A DNA stretch of 64,000 nucleotides, taken from an uncultured delta proteobacterium (GTDB taxonomy: Bacteria > Myxococcota_A > Polyangia > Fen-1088). A program made the translations under genes and the position numbers. Of the stretch, positions 21,662 through 32,708 are shown piece after piece. The stretch is from assembly GCA_963796685.1 (NCBI GenBank), contig CAWCMR010000025.1, positions 2,048,001 through 2,112,000 on the forward strand. Direction: 5' to 3'. Below the pieces are notes generated by a model. The model had not been told where the DNA came from and did not search any database. It saw nothing but the letters and a program-made list of their open reading frames with translations. Within the stretch, counting starts at the first letter, position 1, and the number at the start of each line of letters is the position of its first letter.

Positions 21662-24352
21662 CTAGTTCGTCTTTCCATCATCGTCGGCGCCCTCGTCGTC
21701 AACCGCCTCGTCGCTCTCCTCCCCCTCATCCACCTCGTCGTCATCGTCCGCCGTGGCCTCTTCGCCCAAGTCCTCCTCGGCCAGGGTCTGCTCCTCGGCG
21801 CGCGCGGCGGCCACCTCGGGCGAGACCTCGTGCTCGCCTTCTTCCTTGTCGGCCATGCGCTCCATGGCCACCACGACCTCGTCATCCTCCAGCCGGATCA
21901 GGCGCACCCCTTGCGTGTTGCGGCCGATCGTCGGAATGCCGTCGATGGGCATGCGGATGAGCTTGCCGCGGCTGGTGATGAGCATCAGGTCTTCGTCGTC
22001 GGTGACCATGCGCAGGCCGACCACCTTGCCGTTGCGCTCGGTCGTCTTGATGGTGATGACGCCCTTGCCGCCGCGGTTCTTGGTCGGGTAGTCGGTCGAA
22101 ACCGTGCGCTTGCCGAACCCGCGCTCGCACACCGTGAGCAGGGTGGCCGGCGTCTCGCGCGGCACGGCCGCCATGCCGATGACGAAATCGTCCTTGTCGC
22201 GCAGCCGGATCCCGCGCACGCCGGCCGCCGAGCGGCCCATGGGCCGGACGGTCTCTTCGCGGAAGCGGATGGCCCAGCCGTCGCGCGTGCCCAGCATGAG
22301 GTCGGCGCTGCCCTCGGTGATGCGCAGGCCGACCAGATCGTCGTCCTCGCCGATGGACAGCGCGATGATGCCCGAGCTGCGGATGTTCTGAAAGGCTTGC
22401 AGCGAGGTCTTCTTGATCTTGCCGCGCTTGGTGGCCATGACCACGAACGCGCCCTCCGAGAATTCGCGCACCGGCTGCAGCGCCACCACCCGCTCGCCCT
22501 CTTGCAGCGGGATGAGGTTCACGAAGGCCTTGCCCTTGGCGGTGCGGCCGGCCTGGGGGATCTCCCAGATCTTCTTGGCGTAGACCCGGCCCTTGCTGGT
22601 GAACATCAGCATGGTGTCGTGGGTCGACGCCACGAAGAGCTGCGCCACGAAGTCTTCCTCGTGCGTGGACGCGCCCGTGATGCCGCGCCCGCCGCGCCGC
22701 TGCGGCTTGTACAGATCCTTCGGGTTGCGCTTGACGTAGCCGCCGTGGGTGACGGTGACGACCATCTCCTCCTCGGCGATCATGTCTTCGACGTCGATAT
22801 CGCCCACGTCGATGTCCAGGATCTCGGTGCGCCGTTCGTCGCCGTAGAGCTCCTTCTGCTCTTCCAGCTCGGTGACGATGACCCCGACCAGGACCTCGTC
22901 GCTGGCCAGGATCTCCTCCAGGCGGGCGATCAGCGCCGCGGTCTCGGCGATCTCCGCGTCCAGCTTGTCGCGCTCGAGCCCGGTCAGCTTGGACAGGCGC
23001 ATGTTCAGGATTTCCTGGGCCTGGATGGCCGACAGGTCGAAGCTCTCCATCAGGCCGGTCTTGGCCGCCTCGGTGTCTTTTGACGATCGAATCAAATCGA
23101 TGACCGCGTCGATGTGGTCGATCGCGATCTTGAGGCCCTCCAGGATGTGCATGTGGGCCTTGGCCTTGGCCAGGTCGAACTGGGTGCGCCGGGTGACGAC
23201 GTCGCGACGGTGCTGGATGAAGTACTGGAGGGCGTGCTTGAGCGACAGCGTCTGCGGCCGTCCGTCGACGATGGCCAGCATGTTGATGCCGAAGGACTCC
23301 TGCATCGGCGTCATCTTCCACAGGTTGTTCTGCACGACCTCGGGCACGGCGTCCTTCTTGAGGTCGATGACCACGCGCATGCCCTCGCGGTCCGATTCGT
23401 CGCGCACGTCGGAGATGCCGTCGATCTTCTTTTCGCGCACCAGCTCGGCGATCTTCTCGATCAGGCGCGCCTTGTTGACCTGGTACGGGATCTCGCTGGC
23501 CACGATGGACTTGCGCCCGCTCTTGGGATGCTCCTCGATGACGGTGCGGGCCCGCATGAGCAGGCTGCCGCGCCCCGAGCGGTAGGCCGCGCGAATGCCG
23601 CCGCGCCCGCAAATGAAGCCGCCGGTGGGAAAATCCGGGCCGGGAACGATGTCCAGTAGCTCGTCGACCTCGATGTCGGGGTTCTTGATGATGGCGATGG
23701 TGGCGTCGATGATCTCGCTCAGGTTGTGCGGCGGAATATTGGTGGCCATGCCGACCGCGATGCCGGAGGCGCCGTTGACCAAGAGGTTGGGCAGGCGCGT
23801 GGGCAGGACCGTGGGCTCGGTTTCCTTGTCGTCGTAGTTGGGCTGGAAGTCGACCGTGTTCTTGTCGATGTCGGCCAGTAATTCTTGGCCGATCTTCTTC
23901 ATCCGACACTCGGTGTAGCGGTAAGCCGCCGCCGGATCGCCGTCGATGGAGCCGAAGTTTCCCTGCCCGTCGATGAGCGGGTAGCGCATGGAAAAGTCCT
24001 GCGCCAGGCGTACCAGGGCGTCGTAGCAGGCGCTGTCGCCGTGGGGATGGAACTTGCCCAGCACCTCGCCGACCACGCGGGCGCACTTGATGTACGGCCG
24101 GTTCCACACGTTGTTCATCTGGTGCTGGCCGAACAGGATGCGGCGGTGGACCGGCTTGAGCCCGTCGCGCACGTCGGGCAACGCGCGCGAGACGATCACG
24201 CTCATGGCGTAGTCCATGAACGACGACTTCATCTCCTCCTCGATGGACACGGGAATGCGAATGCCGCCCGAAGAGGGCGGCACCGCGGGCGGCACCATGG
24301 GGGGTGTCGGGGGGATCGGGGGTGGAGGCGAGCTGCCGTCAGTAGGTTCCAT
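21662..24352 (-). CDS. gyrA: DNA gyrase subunit A
   Basis: [30 protein letters not shown] active Tyr, GyrA-box QRRGGRG, acidic tail. Confidence 0.98.
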   Translation of the reverse strand: MEPTDGSSPPPPIPPTPPMVPPAVPPSSGGIRIPVSIEEEMKSSFMDYAMSVIVSRALPDVRDGLKPVHRRILFGQHQMNNVWNRPYIKCARVVGEVLGKFHPHGDSACYDALVRLAQDFSMRYPLIDGQGNFGSIDGDPAAAYRYTECRMKKIGQELLADIDKNTVDFQPNYDDKETEPTVLPTRLPNLLVNGASGIAVGMATNIPPHNLSEIIDATIAIIKNPDIEVDELLDIVPGPDFPTGGFICGRGGIRAAYRSGRGSLLMRARTVIEEHPKSGRKSIVASEIPYQVNKARLIEKIAELVREKKIDGISDVRDESDREGMRVVIDLKKDAVPEVVQNNLWKMTPMQESFGINMLAIVDGRPQTLSLKHALQYFIQHRRDVVTRRTQFDLAKAKAHMHILEGLKIAIDHIDAVIDLIRSSKDTEAAKTGLMESFDLSAIQAQEILNMRLSKLTGLERDKLDAEIAETAALIARLEEILASDEVLVGVIVTELEEQKELYGDERRTEILDIDVGDIDVEDMIAEEEMVVTVTHGGYVKRNPKDLYKPQRRGGRGITGASTHEEDFVAQLFVASTHDTMLMFTSKGRVYAKKIWEIPQAGRTAKGKAFVNLIPLQEGERVVALQPVREFSEGAFVVMATKRGKIKKTSLQAFQNIRSSGIIALSIGEDDDLVGLRITEGSADLMLGTRDGWAIRFREETVRPMGRSAAGVRGIRLRDKDDFVIGMAAVPRETPATLLTVCERGFGKRTVSTDYPTKNRGGKGVITIKTTERNGKVVGLRMVTDDEDLMLITSRGKLIRMPIDGIPTIGRNTQGVRLIRLEDDEVVVAMERMADKEEGEHEVSPEVAAARAEEQTLAEEDLGEEATADDDDEVDEGEESDEAVDDEGADDDGKTN

Positions 24353-24385
24353 GCGGTGGCCGCGAAACCTATCAAGGAGCGCGCT

Positions 24386-24754
24386 TCAAGTCACGAGGCG
24401 CGAGCCCGTTCCGTCGACACCCGCCGTCGCGGCGGTCTTGGTAGGGGCGGGTTTCGAACCCGCCCCGGGACACTTTTCGCGATACACGTCTTTTCGGTCC
24501 CCGATCCGAATCACACAGATGAGGATCTCTTTGTCCACGATGTCGACGATGATCCTGTAGTCCCCGTGGTCGTATCGCCAGAAGTCGCCCAGCTTGGAAC
24601 CCTTCAACGCCTTTCCAATGGCTCGCGGATTTTCCAGCGGCGCGATGCGCTCGTCGAGATACTTCAGGATGCGCCTTGCGATCTGGCGGTCGAAAGACTT
24701 GAGGTTTCGCTCGGCTTCGGGTGAGTAGCGTAACTGCCAGAGGGCCTTACTCAT
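24386..24754 (-). CDS. relE: RelE/ParE-family toxin
   Basis: NPRAIGKALKG...FWRY..GDYRII...IGDRKDVYR. Confidence 0.9.
   Translation of the reverse strand: MSKALWQLRYSPEAERNLKSFDRQIARRILKYLDERIAPLENPRAIGKALKGSKLGDFWRYDHGDYRIIVDIVDKEILICVIRIGDRKDVYREKCPGAGSKPAPTKTAATAGVDGTGSRLVT
24441..24466 (+). repeat. GTAG-type REP
   Basis: GTAGGGGCGGGTTTCGAACCCGCCCC; same family as 16040. Confidence 0.8.
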
Positions 24755-24977
24755 TGGCCGTCTTCAAACCGTACCGCTTCATCATGTCCTCATGCGAAAT
24801 CGTTGGGGCACCGGCACGAACTTCGGCGAGGCTCTTCTCGGCGAGGTACACGTCTTCCATGTCGTCGATTCGCTCTTCGATGGCCAGGCGGGCGTAGAAC
24901 GATTTCGTTCGTCCAGTGGTCTTTGCCAGGGAGGTGAGGCGTTTCTCTAGGGCTTGGGGTAGGCGTATCGCGAGCAC
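24747..24977 (-). CDS. relB: RHH antitoxin (RelB/TraY-like)
   Basis: MLAIRLP..LE.RL..LAK.TGRTKSFY...IDDMEDVYLAE; overlaps the toxin start. Confidence 0.88.
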   Translation of the reverse strand: MLAIRLPQALEKRLTSLAKTTGRTKSFYARLAIEERIDDMEDVYLAEKSLAEVRAGAPTISHEDMMKRYGLKTANE

Positions 24978-25063
24978 GAGTTCGTACCTATGTCATACAC
25001 GTATAACATCCTGGAATTTCCTTGCAAGGCTTGTCGCGGCAAAGAGTCCCAAGGATGGCTTTT

Positions 25064-25088
25064 GTAGGGGCGGGTTTCAAACCCGCCC
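25064..25088 (+). repeat. GTAG-type REP
   Basis: GTAGGGGCGGGTTTCAAACCCGCCC. Confidence 0.82.
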
Positions 25089-25122
25089 ACAGGTGACGCT
25101 TTACGAGAACGGAGCTCAATCG

Positions 25123-25739
25123 TCAGAAAGTAGATCTGATCCTACTCAGCCGCGTTCGGATCTCTGGCGAGTCAAGCTCGGGATGGTCTTCGAGAAGCCG
25201 GACCACGTCAGCTACATCGTGGATCTCTTGCTCGTCCGCCTTTGGGGCCCTTCGGCTGCCGCCAACTTCAACAAAATCAAATCCGGCATCGTCGCGAGTT
25301 GAAATGAAAAGCGTCCCACGCAGGCCTTCTCGGCACGCCCTACCGCTAGAGCCATGAGAGGGTCGCTCGAGAATTGGACCGCCACCCGCTGCCTTCGAGG
25401 TGTTCCTACCGGGGCTGGGCCTCTCCAGTTTTCCGACCATTCGTGGATGCCGTCGGGACTAAATCCGGCTGCCTCGAGTTTTTGTCTTGGCAGATCGTCA
25501 TGAGAGCGAAGGTCAATGTCGAGATCGGCCGTGGTACGTGGCTCCTCCGTGTAGAGCTGCATGGCAACCCCGCCGATCACGGCGTAGGGCGTTCCCGTGG
25601 ATTCGAGCACGTCCACCAAGCCTGCCAACACCTTCTCTTTGTCGTCTACGGGCAACCCCATGGTTTCGCCCCAGAGATGGTCGAGGGTAAGCCCGACCGC
25701 AAAGCGATCTTCGAGCTGCTCTGCGGTGGGCCGGGGCAT
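25123..25739 (-). CDS. Minimal nucleotidyltransferase (AbiEii/DUF6036-like; frameshift near 25225)
   Basis: YAVIGGVA...PRTTADLDI, DLILLKL; C-terminal HDVADVVRLL lies in ORF 25123..25440. TGnTACAAT -10 is 6 nt before the ATG (leaderless). Confidence 0.7.
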
Positions 25740-26162
25740 AGGTAGATTGTAGCATGCGTAGAGAGGACTTCGGCGGCACCTGCCCTTCTCTCCCAGCGCA
25801 GACGCTGCGAAGCGGGGAGGGCGTTGGGCAAGGAGCGGTCCCGCCGGGCCCCATTTTCTCGCCGTCCCCGACACCTTCCCCTCCGTCGAACGCTCGGACA
25901 AGAACGTTTCTTTTCAACTTAGTGTGTTTCCCACTACATTTGCGACACGCGCTTCCGGGATCTGCGACGGTGGTGTGCGCGCGGTCATGTTTTGTCTGCT
26001 GTCAGCTCCTACCTTTACGTCCAAAATGTCGGCCACCGGGGCTAAGAAAGCGCAGTTAATGATTATTTTTCTTGCCTCTTTCGGTACTGGCCCCAAAATG
26101 TTCCGGCTGCTGCGATGCGCTCGCATTGCGGAACAACATTGGGTTTCGACGGAGGCTATTAC

Positions 26163-29100
26163 ATGACGTGTTCTAAGAACTTCGGACGGTTGCTCCAGGC
26201 CAGTTGCCTGGGGCTCATTGGCATGCTGACGGTCGTCGGCTGCGGCGGGAGTGAAAACCCCGCTCACAACGACGCTGCTCCAAGTGATGGCGGGGGCTCG
26301 AAAGTGCCCAACCTCACCGCTAGTACGGGGACCGTAAGCGTCGGTACCGTCGACGTCGGCAAGATCTCGACGGCGGCTACGGTGGTCATCACCAACAACG
26401 GAACCGGTGCGGGCGTGGTGACCGTGACACCATCCGGGGTCACGGCTTCCGGCTGCGCCGGAAACCTGGCAGTCAATGCACCGTGCACGCTCTCGATCAC
26501 CGCGACCCCGTCGGTTGCAGGTCCGATCACGGGCAGCGTATCCGTCGTCATCGCCGGGGGCAACACCCTCACCATCGGCGTCACCGGCAACGCCGTGCCT
26601 CCGGGTAACTTTACCCTCGACAAGACCGCCATCGACCTCGGCCCGCTTGCTGTCGGCCAGGTCGCTCAGGCCACGGTCACGGTCACGGCCGGGTCGGCGT
26701 TGACCGGGCTCACGACGACCGTGCAAGGTGCGGACGTCAAGCCAGACGCCGCCTCTACATGCACTGCGACCCTTGGTGCTGGCCTGACCTGCACCGTGGT
26801 GGTCGACTTCAGCATGGCCACGGCCGGCACCCCGATCGGCGACGCGATCCTCGTTTCTCAGGGCGGCGTCACCAAGACCGTCCCCATCACAGCCACTGTC
26901 CTGGCGTTGGCCAAGCTCAGCGCCTCGCCGCTTTCGGGGGCCCTTGTGGCAGCGCCGGGCGCGACAAGCGCTCCGCTCTCCATCAATGTCGGCAACACGG
27001 GTGGTATGACGACCGGTCAGATCGTCGTGGCGATTTCCGGCGCGAATGCGGCGGATTTCAAGATCGTCTCTGATACCTGCAGCATCGTGAACCTTGCGGG
27101 CGGCGCGACCTGCGCCGTGGCAGTGGTTTACACCCCGGCTGCCACTGCTACCTTGGCCGAAGCGGCTACCCTGACCATCACGGACAAGGGCGCGGCCGGG
27201 TCCGTGGCCACGGTCGCCCTCAGCGGCACGCCCCAGCTCCCCAGCAACCTCAAGATCACCGGCGGGCCGGACCTTGGCCAGGTGGCCCCAGGCGGCTCGG
27301 GCTCCGAGGTGGTCTTCACGGTGACCAATACCTCCACGACGGCTTCGGGCGCAGTCACCGCGACTGTCGGAAGCTCGAGCGTCACCATCTCCAGCAACAC
27401 CTGCGCGACCAAGGCCACGCTGATCCAGAACGATACCTGCACCATCGGCCTGAAGCTGACGCCTCCGAGCACCGCCCTTGCATCTAGCATTTCGACCCTT
27501 TTGACCGTCTCATCGGCCAGCGGCGACACCACGAACGTGATGGTGACCGGCACCATCCTGAGCGGCGTGGTTCTCTCGGCGACGCCCGCCTCGGTAAGCT
27601 TCGGCTCGGTTCCAGCCAATCAACAGTCGGCTGTCAAGACCGTCACCATCACCAATGGCGGCGCTACCGCGACGAGCATCTTGAGCGCCACGCTCTCGGG
27701 AACGGGTGCGGCCCAGGTCGTTATCACCGGGAACACCTGCACCGGCGTTCTGGCTCCGGCCGCGACCTGCACCGTCTCGGTCCAGTACAGCCCCACGGAT
27801 ACGACCGGCGTCAGTGGCCAGATCACCGTCACCGACGGCGCGGCGACTGTCTCCGTCCCCATGGTGGGCACGGGTTTGGCGCCGAGCGTGTTCACGCTGG
27901 TTACTGACACCTCCGCCTTCTCAGCCTTCGGTCCGACTGTGGTCGGATACACCTCCTCGCCTCAAAGCGTGCATCTCCAGTTAGTGTCCAGCGCTACGAC
28001 CGATTCCGGGGCGATCACTCTTACCATCGGCGGCGCCAATGCAGCCGACTATGCTACGGTGCCTGCGAACACCAACTGCACCCTGCTCCAGGCCGGGCAA
28101 AACTGCGACATCACCGTGGCCTTCACGCCCGGTGCTGTCGGAGCTAGCGCGGCGACCCTCACCGTGACGGGTGCCAAGGGTGGCACGTACACGTTCGACC
28201 TCAAGGGCACCGGCCTGGCCCTGGTTCAGCTCGTCCCGCTGGGTCAGACGGCCACCACGATCGCCACGCCCTACACAGGTCTCGATTTCGGCCAGCAGCC
28301 CAATGCCACGCTAGGCAACGTCTTCGCGTATCGTGTCGTGGTCCGCGGCGCAACCAATCCTGCCGCGACCTCTACGGTGCCCAGCATCGCCATGGCACCT
28401 GGCACGCCGCCGGACTTCACCTACGTGACAGGTACAACAGTTGGGGACGCCACTACGTGGGCGCCCGCCCCGACCAATCCGTGCAATCCCGGTCCAACCC
28501 TGACCCTCCCGGCAGACGCATCTTCATCTCCGTGGATTGTCGGTGCCAAGACGTCTACGAATCCCTCGATCGCGCCTAATGCCCCGGTTTCCACGCTGAA
28601 TACCGATGAGCAGTCCACTGTTTTGTACTGGACCTGCGACTTCTACGTCCAGTTCAGCCCGACCAGTGGCAAGAGTGCGACGCCGAAGACGGCGACGCTC
28701 ACCGCCACCGCCTCGGCTGGCGGGACGGCGACCCTGACCCTGACCGGCACCGCGAGCGGCCCGCTCACTATCACGCCCTCGGTGACCTTCGACCCGACTC
28801 CGCTCGGCACGAGCAGCGCCGATGTCCAGGCAGGTAACAGGACCTTGACCGTCGTCAACAAGGCGGTTAACAGCATCAGCCAAGGGCCGCTATCGGTGGC
28901 ACTGGGAGGTGCCAACGCGGCCGATTTCGCGATCGTTTCAGACGGTTGTTCCGGCCAGCCGCCGCTCGTCCCCAGTGGAGGCCACTGCGATATCGTCGTT
29001 GCCTTCACCCCGAGTGTGGCTGCTGTCGAGACAGCGACACTCACCGTGACGGCTTCGAATACGGGAGAAACTGCGCAGGCTACCCTCAAGGGTACCGGCA

Positions 29101-31805
29101 GCGCGTCTTCCGCCATCACCGTGACCCCGACCGCGGTGGCGCCTGCCGCCGTGGACTTCGGCTCGGTGGCTCAGAACAACGTCGGTGTGTGGACCAGCTT
29201 CACCGTTACCAATCCAGCGACGGGTACGGAAACCGGCCCCCTCGCCTACTCGCTTGGTAGCGAAGATCCATTCGAGCTGTACACGCCCGCGGCTGCGGGT
29301 GTCACCGCGTACCCGGCTGGCTTCTGTGGCGATCCCTCCGGCGGTGCTCAATCCACCTCGTTGGTCCCTGGCGCAACCTGCATCATTCAGGTCCGCTTTA
29401 TTCCGACGCTAGTTGGTGCGGCGAGTGGCTCACTGACCGTGGGTAGCCTTGCCGCTATTCCGCTCAAGGGCATGGGGACGGCCCAGCTGGTCCTCTCCGG
29501 AAGCGCCATCACGACGGTCAACAGCGTCCAGACCCTGGCCTTCGGCAATGTTGGCGTGGGTGCGACAGGCACGCAAACCTTCACCGTCACCAACAATGGT
29601 GCAGCCACCTCGGCAGGCAGCGTCGCGTTGACGCTATCCAACAATGCTGCCGACCCGGCGGTCTTTGCCGCAGGTCTCCCGCCCCACTTCAGTCCAGGAA
29701 CCACCGGTTGTGGGTCGACTCTGGCCGGCGGTCAGAGCTGCCAGATGACCCTCATCTACACGGGCGTTGCCCTGGAGACTGTGTCCCAACAGATCGTCAT
29801 CTCGAATTCAACTCCGCTCGGCACTACGAATCCCGTCAACGCGTCGCTGGTTCTCACGGCTAAGACCGTGAATCCGGCACTGCTTGCGCTGTCCGGCTTC
29901 GACTATTACACGCCGCCTACGCCAGCTGATGGATCGGGCCAGGCGATCGACCTAGGGGCAACGCCGATTGGTACGTCCACCGGTGTGCTTACGCTGGTAT
30001 TCGTCAACAACGGAGCCGTCGCTGCTACAGGGCTCCAGGCCTCATGGCCGTTCACCAATCCTCCCGGGAACACCGACTTCTCGATTGCGGCAGAAAACCA
30101 GGGGACCTGCTTCGGGATCGGTGGAACGCTCGCACCGCAGCAGACCTGCACCGTCAACGTTCGTTGCACGCCGTCGGCTCTAGGTGACCGCGTTGCCGAG
30201 CTTCAACTGAACGGCCTGGCTGCGCCCGGCCCCGTCGTCAAGCTTCACGCGACTGGGATTGCGCCCACGAACGTGTACGCCTTCGCGCAAGGCGGAAGCA
30301 ACTCGTTCTACAACTTCGTCGGAGCCACAACCGCTCTGCCCGGTGCGGGGGCCAAGGCCTACTTCACGTTGGTCAATGGCACGACGAGCCCGATTCCCCT
30401 CGGAACCAGCACCACTGACTTCACGGGTGGCTCGGGCACCACCCTCAGTGTCATCGGGGTCGCGCTTCCAACCACCGAGCCTTCTACGGACTTCGCCCTG
30501 TCGAAGCCGACAGGCGTGGCAGGCATCGCAAATCCGTGCGGGACGACGCTCAGTTCAGGCGGTCAATGCACCTTCGCGGTGACCTTCACGCCCACGTGGA
30601 ACGATACCGACCATCTCTACCGATGGGCCAACGTGACCACGTCCGTAGGGAGCGCCACTGATATCGTTGGGGTCTTTGGTCGGGTGCAGATGCCCGCCAT
30701 GCTGCAGCTCAGCGCCGCGCCTTCGGTGGGGCAGGTAACTGTCACTGCGGCGACCACTAGCGTGGCCGGCTCCGTCGACTTCGGTCAAATCCTGACCGGG
30801 CAACTCTCGTCCGAGGTCTTCACCATCACCAACATCGGTGACGTGGCCACGGCCGGAAATGTGGGGTTGAAGATGATCGGCACGGGGTCGTATGCGGTCC
30901 TTGGCACCTCGACGTGCGGAAGCTCTCCGCTCGCTCCGGGCGCAGCCGCAGCCTGCACCGTGACCGTTAACTCCCAGCTCACGTCCAGCACCGGAACTCG
31001 GACGGGTCTGTCGGTCCAAGCGGTCGACCTCGGTGTCCCAACGGCCACCGGCGAGGAGAGCCTGCAGACCTTCGACCTACAGGCCGAGGTCGTGAACCAG
31101 GCAAACCTCACGCTCAATCCCACTGGTACGACGTTTGCGACCAGCACCCCGGCGGGCTCGACGGATGCTGAGAGGGTCACGATTACTGTGGCGAATGGAG
31201 ATCCGGCGAACGATGATGCGTCGAATCGACAGAACACCACGGCGCTCATCGTCACCCTGTCGGACTCGACGAACTTCGCGGTGGACAGCGCCAGCACCTG
31301 TCTGAATCCCTCGACGCAGACGTACAAGGCACTACCGCTCACCGCGAGCGGAGTCGATAGCGAGTCCTGCACGATCATTGTCAAGTTCACTCCGCAGGCC
31401 GCTGGAGCTAAGAGCACGACCGTGTCGGTAAGCGCGACGACGGGAGGCACGCCAACCCCAGTCTCCCTGACGGGAACGGGATTGAGCACGCTGACCTCGG
31501 ATGCGAGTGCCAACCCGGCCGCGCCCACGACCTTCACCATCACCCACGGTGGTAGCGGGACGACGGGTCTTCTCACAGAGTCGCTGACGGGAACCAACGC
31601 CTCCGCCTTCGTCATCAGCGACGATCAATGCTACGGCACTTCGCTCACAGGCAATGGAGACACTTGCCAGGTTACGGTGACCTTCGTCGGCACCTGCAGC
31701 GCGACCACTGCCCAGACCGCCACCCTCAAGGTGACGGATGGAACGGCGAACAGCACCGTGAGCATTCCGATGTCGGTTGGCGGCGCGACCGCTGGCTGCC
31801 CGTAG
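26163..31805 (+). CDS. Giant Thr/Gly-rich lipoprotein of tandem Ig-like ASH/choice-of-anchor-D domains
   Basis: GGAGG RBS at 26151; lipobox VVGC; repeated xFG.V......T.TN.G...F....xC...L..G..C...V.F.P...A.LT..L.GTG units. Confidence 0.85.
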   Translation: MTCSKNFGRLLQASCLGLIGMLTVVGCGGSENPAHNDAAPSDGGGSKVPNLTASTGTVSVGTVDVGKISTAATVVITNNGTGAGVVTVTPSGVTASGCAGNLAVNAPCTLSITATPSVAGPITGSVSVVIAGGNTLTIGVTGNAVPPGNFTLDKTAIDLGPLAVGQVAQATVTVTAGSALTGLTTTVQGADVKPDAASTCTATLGAGLTCTVVVDFSMATAGTPIGDAILVSQGGVTKTVPITATVLALAKLSASPLSGALVAAPGATSAPLSINVGNTGGMTTGQIVVAISGANAADFKIVSDTCSIVNLAGGATCAVAVVYTPAATATLAEAATLTITDKGAAGSVATVALSGTPQLPSNLKITGGPDLGQVAPGGSGSEVVFTVTNTSTTASGAVTATVGSSSVTISSNTCATKATLIQNDTCTIGLKLTPPSTALASSISTLLTVSSASGDTTNVMVTGTILSGVVLSATPASVSFGSVPANQQSAVKTVTITNGGATATSILSATLSGTGAAQVVITGNTCTGVLAPAATCTVSVQYSPTDTTGVSGQITVTDGAATVSVPMVGTGLAPSVFTLVTDTSAFSAFGPTVVGYTSSPQSVHLQLVSSATTDSGAITLTIGGANAADYATVPANTNCTLLQAGQNCDITVAFTPGAVGASAATLTVTGAKGGTYTFDLKGTGLALVQLVPLGQTATTIATPYTGLDFGQQPNATLGNVFAYRVVVRGATNPAATSTVPSIAMAPGTPPDFTYVTGTTVGDATTWAPAPTNPCNPGPTLTLPADASSSPWIVGAKTSTNPSIAPNAPVSTLNTDEQSTVLYWTCDFYVQFSPTSGKSATPKTATLTATASAGGTATLTLTGTASGPLTITPSVTFDPTPLGTSSADVQAGNRTLTVVNKAVNSISQGPLSVALGGANAADFAIVSDGCSGQPPLVPSGGHCDIVVAFTPSVAAVETATLTVTASNTGETAQATLKGTGSASSAITVTPTAVAPAAVDFGSVAQNNVGVWTSFTVTNPATGTETGPLAYSLGSEDPFELYTPAAAGVTAYPAGFCGDPSGGAQSTSLVPGATCIIQVRFIPTLVGAASGSLTVGSLAAIPLKGMGTAQLVLSGSAITTVNSVQTLAFGNVGVGATGTQTFTVTNNGAATSAGSVALTLSNNAADPAVFAAGLPPHFSPGTTGCGSTLAGGQSCQMTLIYTGVALETVSQQIVISNSTPLGTTNPVNASLVLTAKTVNPALLALSGFDYYTPPTPADGSGQAIDLGATPIGTSTGVLTLVFVNNGAVAATGLQASWPFTNPPGNTDFSIAAENQGTCFGIGGTLAPQQTCTVNVRCTPSALGDRVAELQLNGLAAPGPVVKLHATGIAPTNVYAFAQGGSNSFYNFVGATTALPGAGAKAYFTLVNGTTSPIPLGTSTTDFTGGSGTTLSVIGVALPTTEPSTDFALSKPTGVAGIANPCGTTLSSGGQCTFAVTFTPTWNDTDHLYRWANVTTSVGSATDIVGVFGRVQMPAMLQLSAAPSVGQVTVTAATTSVAGSVDFGQILTGQLSSEVFTITNIGDVATAGNVGLKMIGTGSYAVLGTSTCGSSPLAPGAAAACTVTVNSQLTSSTGTRTGLSVQAVDLGVPTATGEESLQTFDLQAEVVNQANLTLNPTGTTFATSTPAGSTDAERVTITVANGDPANDDASNRQNTTALIVTLSDSTNFAVDSASTCLNPSTQTYKALPLTASGVDSESCTIIVKFTPQAAGAKSTTVSVSATTGGTPTPVSLTGTGLSTLTSDASANPAAPTTFTITHGGSGTTGLLTESLTGTNASAFVISDDQCYGTSLTGNGDTCQVTVTFVGTCSATTAQTATLKVTDGTANSTVSIPMSVGGATAGCP

Positions 31806-31836
31806 TCGCTAGTCGCTAGACCTAGCATCCAAAGTG

Positions 31837-31871
31837 AAACCCCGGGGCCTCGGCTCCGGGGTTTTTCTTTT
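31837..31871 (+). terminator. Rho-independent terminator
   Basis: AAACCCCGGGGCC-TC-GGCTCCGGGGTTT then TTCTTTT, 31 nt after the stop. Confidence 0.85.
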
Positions 31872-31951
31872 GGTGCGCCTAGGATGACCGTCGTCTTGGG
31901 GGTGGAAATTCCCCCGGAAGGAGACCATCCCAAACGAAGCCGCCGCGCCGC

Positions 31952-32021
31952 GCGCAGTGGAGGTGCCAGAGACTATTGGTCGCTGGGGAGGTGCGCAGTG
32001 GAGGTGCCAGAGACCTATTGG
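31952..32021 (+). repeat. Two tandem copies of GCGCAGTGGAGGTGCCAGAGAC(C)TATTGG
   Basis: Copies at 31952-31979 and 31993-32021; the core recurs at 35955-36032 and 37274-37295. Confidence 0.85.
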
Positions 32022-32309
32022 CGCGAGGCGTCTACATCTATGGACGGCCTAGACTAGTGCTGAGCGACAATTACATCTCCCCACGTGTGAATGTAGTTGA
32101 CGTCCAGCACGCGGCCAAGGTCTGCAGTCCCACCAGGTGCGCGGTGCAATCGAAGGCGGGAAGCACGAGCCCATCGCGAACCATCGCCAGTACCACCAGG
32201 GCGTTGCGTAAGTGGAAGGCCGCTTCGGCAAGGATAGAATTACATCCAAAAACCCCATCCGAGGGTACTTCTTCGTCCCTAAACCTCGACCGGAAATGCC
32301 ACGGAAATA

Positions 32310-32443
32310 CCCAGGGTACTACCCTTCTCTCGCAACTTTCTGCTTCCGTTTCCGAGAAGCTATGGATGACACTCGCTCGTCGGCTCGGTACACGCCGGCG
32401 CTGGGGCGTGCAGCTATTCGGCAGCGACGGCGAAGCAACCTGA
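32310..32443 (+). pseudogene. Decayed 5' end of a Y1/RAYT-like transposase with its leader
   Basis: ~75-bp imperfect direct repeat of 37312-37385, including ATGACACTC start at 32366; early stop at 32443. Confidence 0.5.
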
Positions 32444-32708
32444 TCTGCTTCCACTCGTTCGAGCGCCTTCTCGCCTGCCGCGCGGTGGGCGGGCTGGTGA
32501 ATGTAACGCGAGGATGCTCGAGGACTTTCGGATGCCGGGCACATCTGGCTGTCGAGCAAACCTAGGAAGGAACCCCCGCGCGGATCGCTGCTTGCAGACG
32601 AGCGCTCGTCGGGGTCTTCGAGGGAGGAGGTGTAGGCGTGGTCGACGCCGTACGTGGCAATTCGACTTTCCGCTGCATGCTAGCAACGACATCATATTTA
32701 CGGTAAAT

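Noticed and set aside
21662-24352. gyrA without adjacent gyrB, or a parC call
   Set aside because: The GyrA-box and acidic tail support gyrA; split gyrA/gyrB is common.
25900-26160. Riboswitch or sRNA upstream of the giant lipoprotein (also considered for 52230-52426)
   Set aside because: No recognisable c-di-GMP, cobalamin or other consensus by eye; an Infernal/Rfam scan would be needed.
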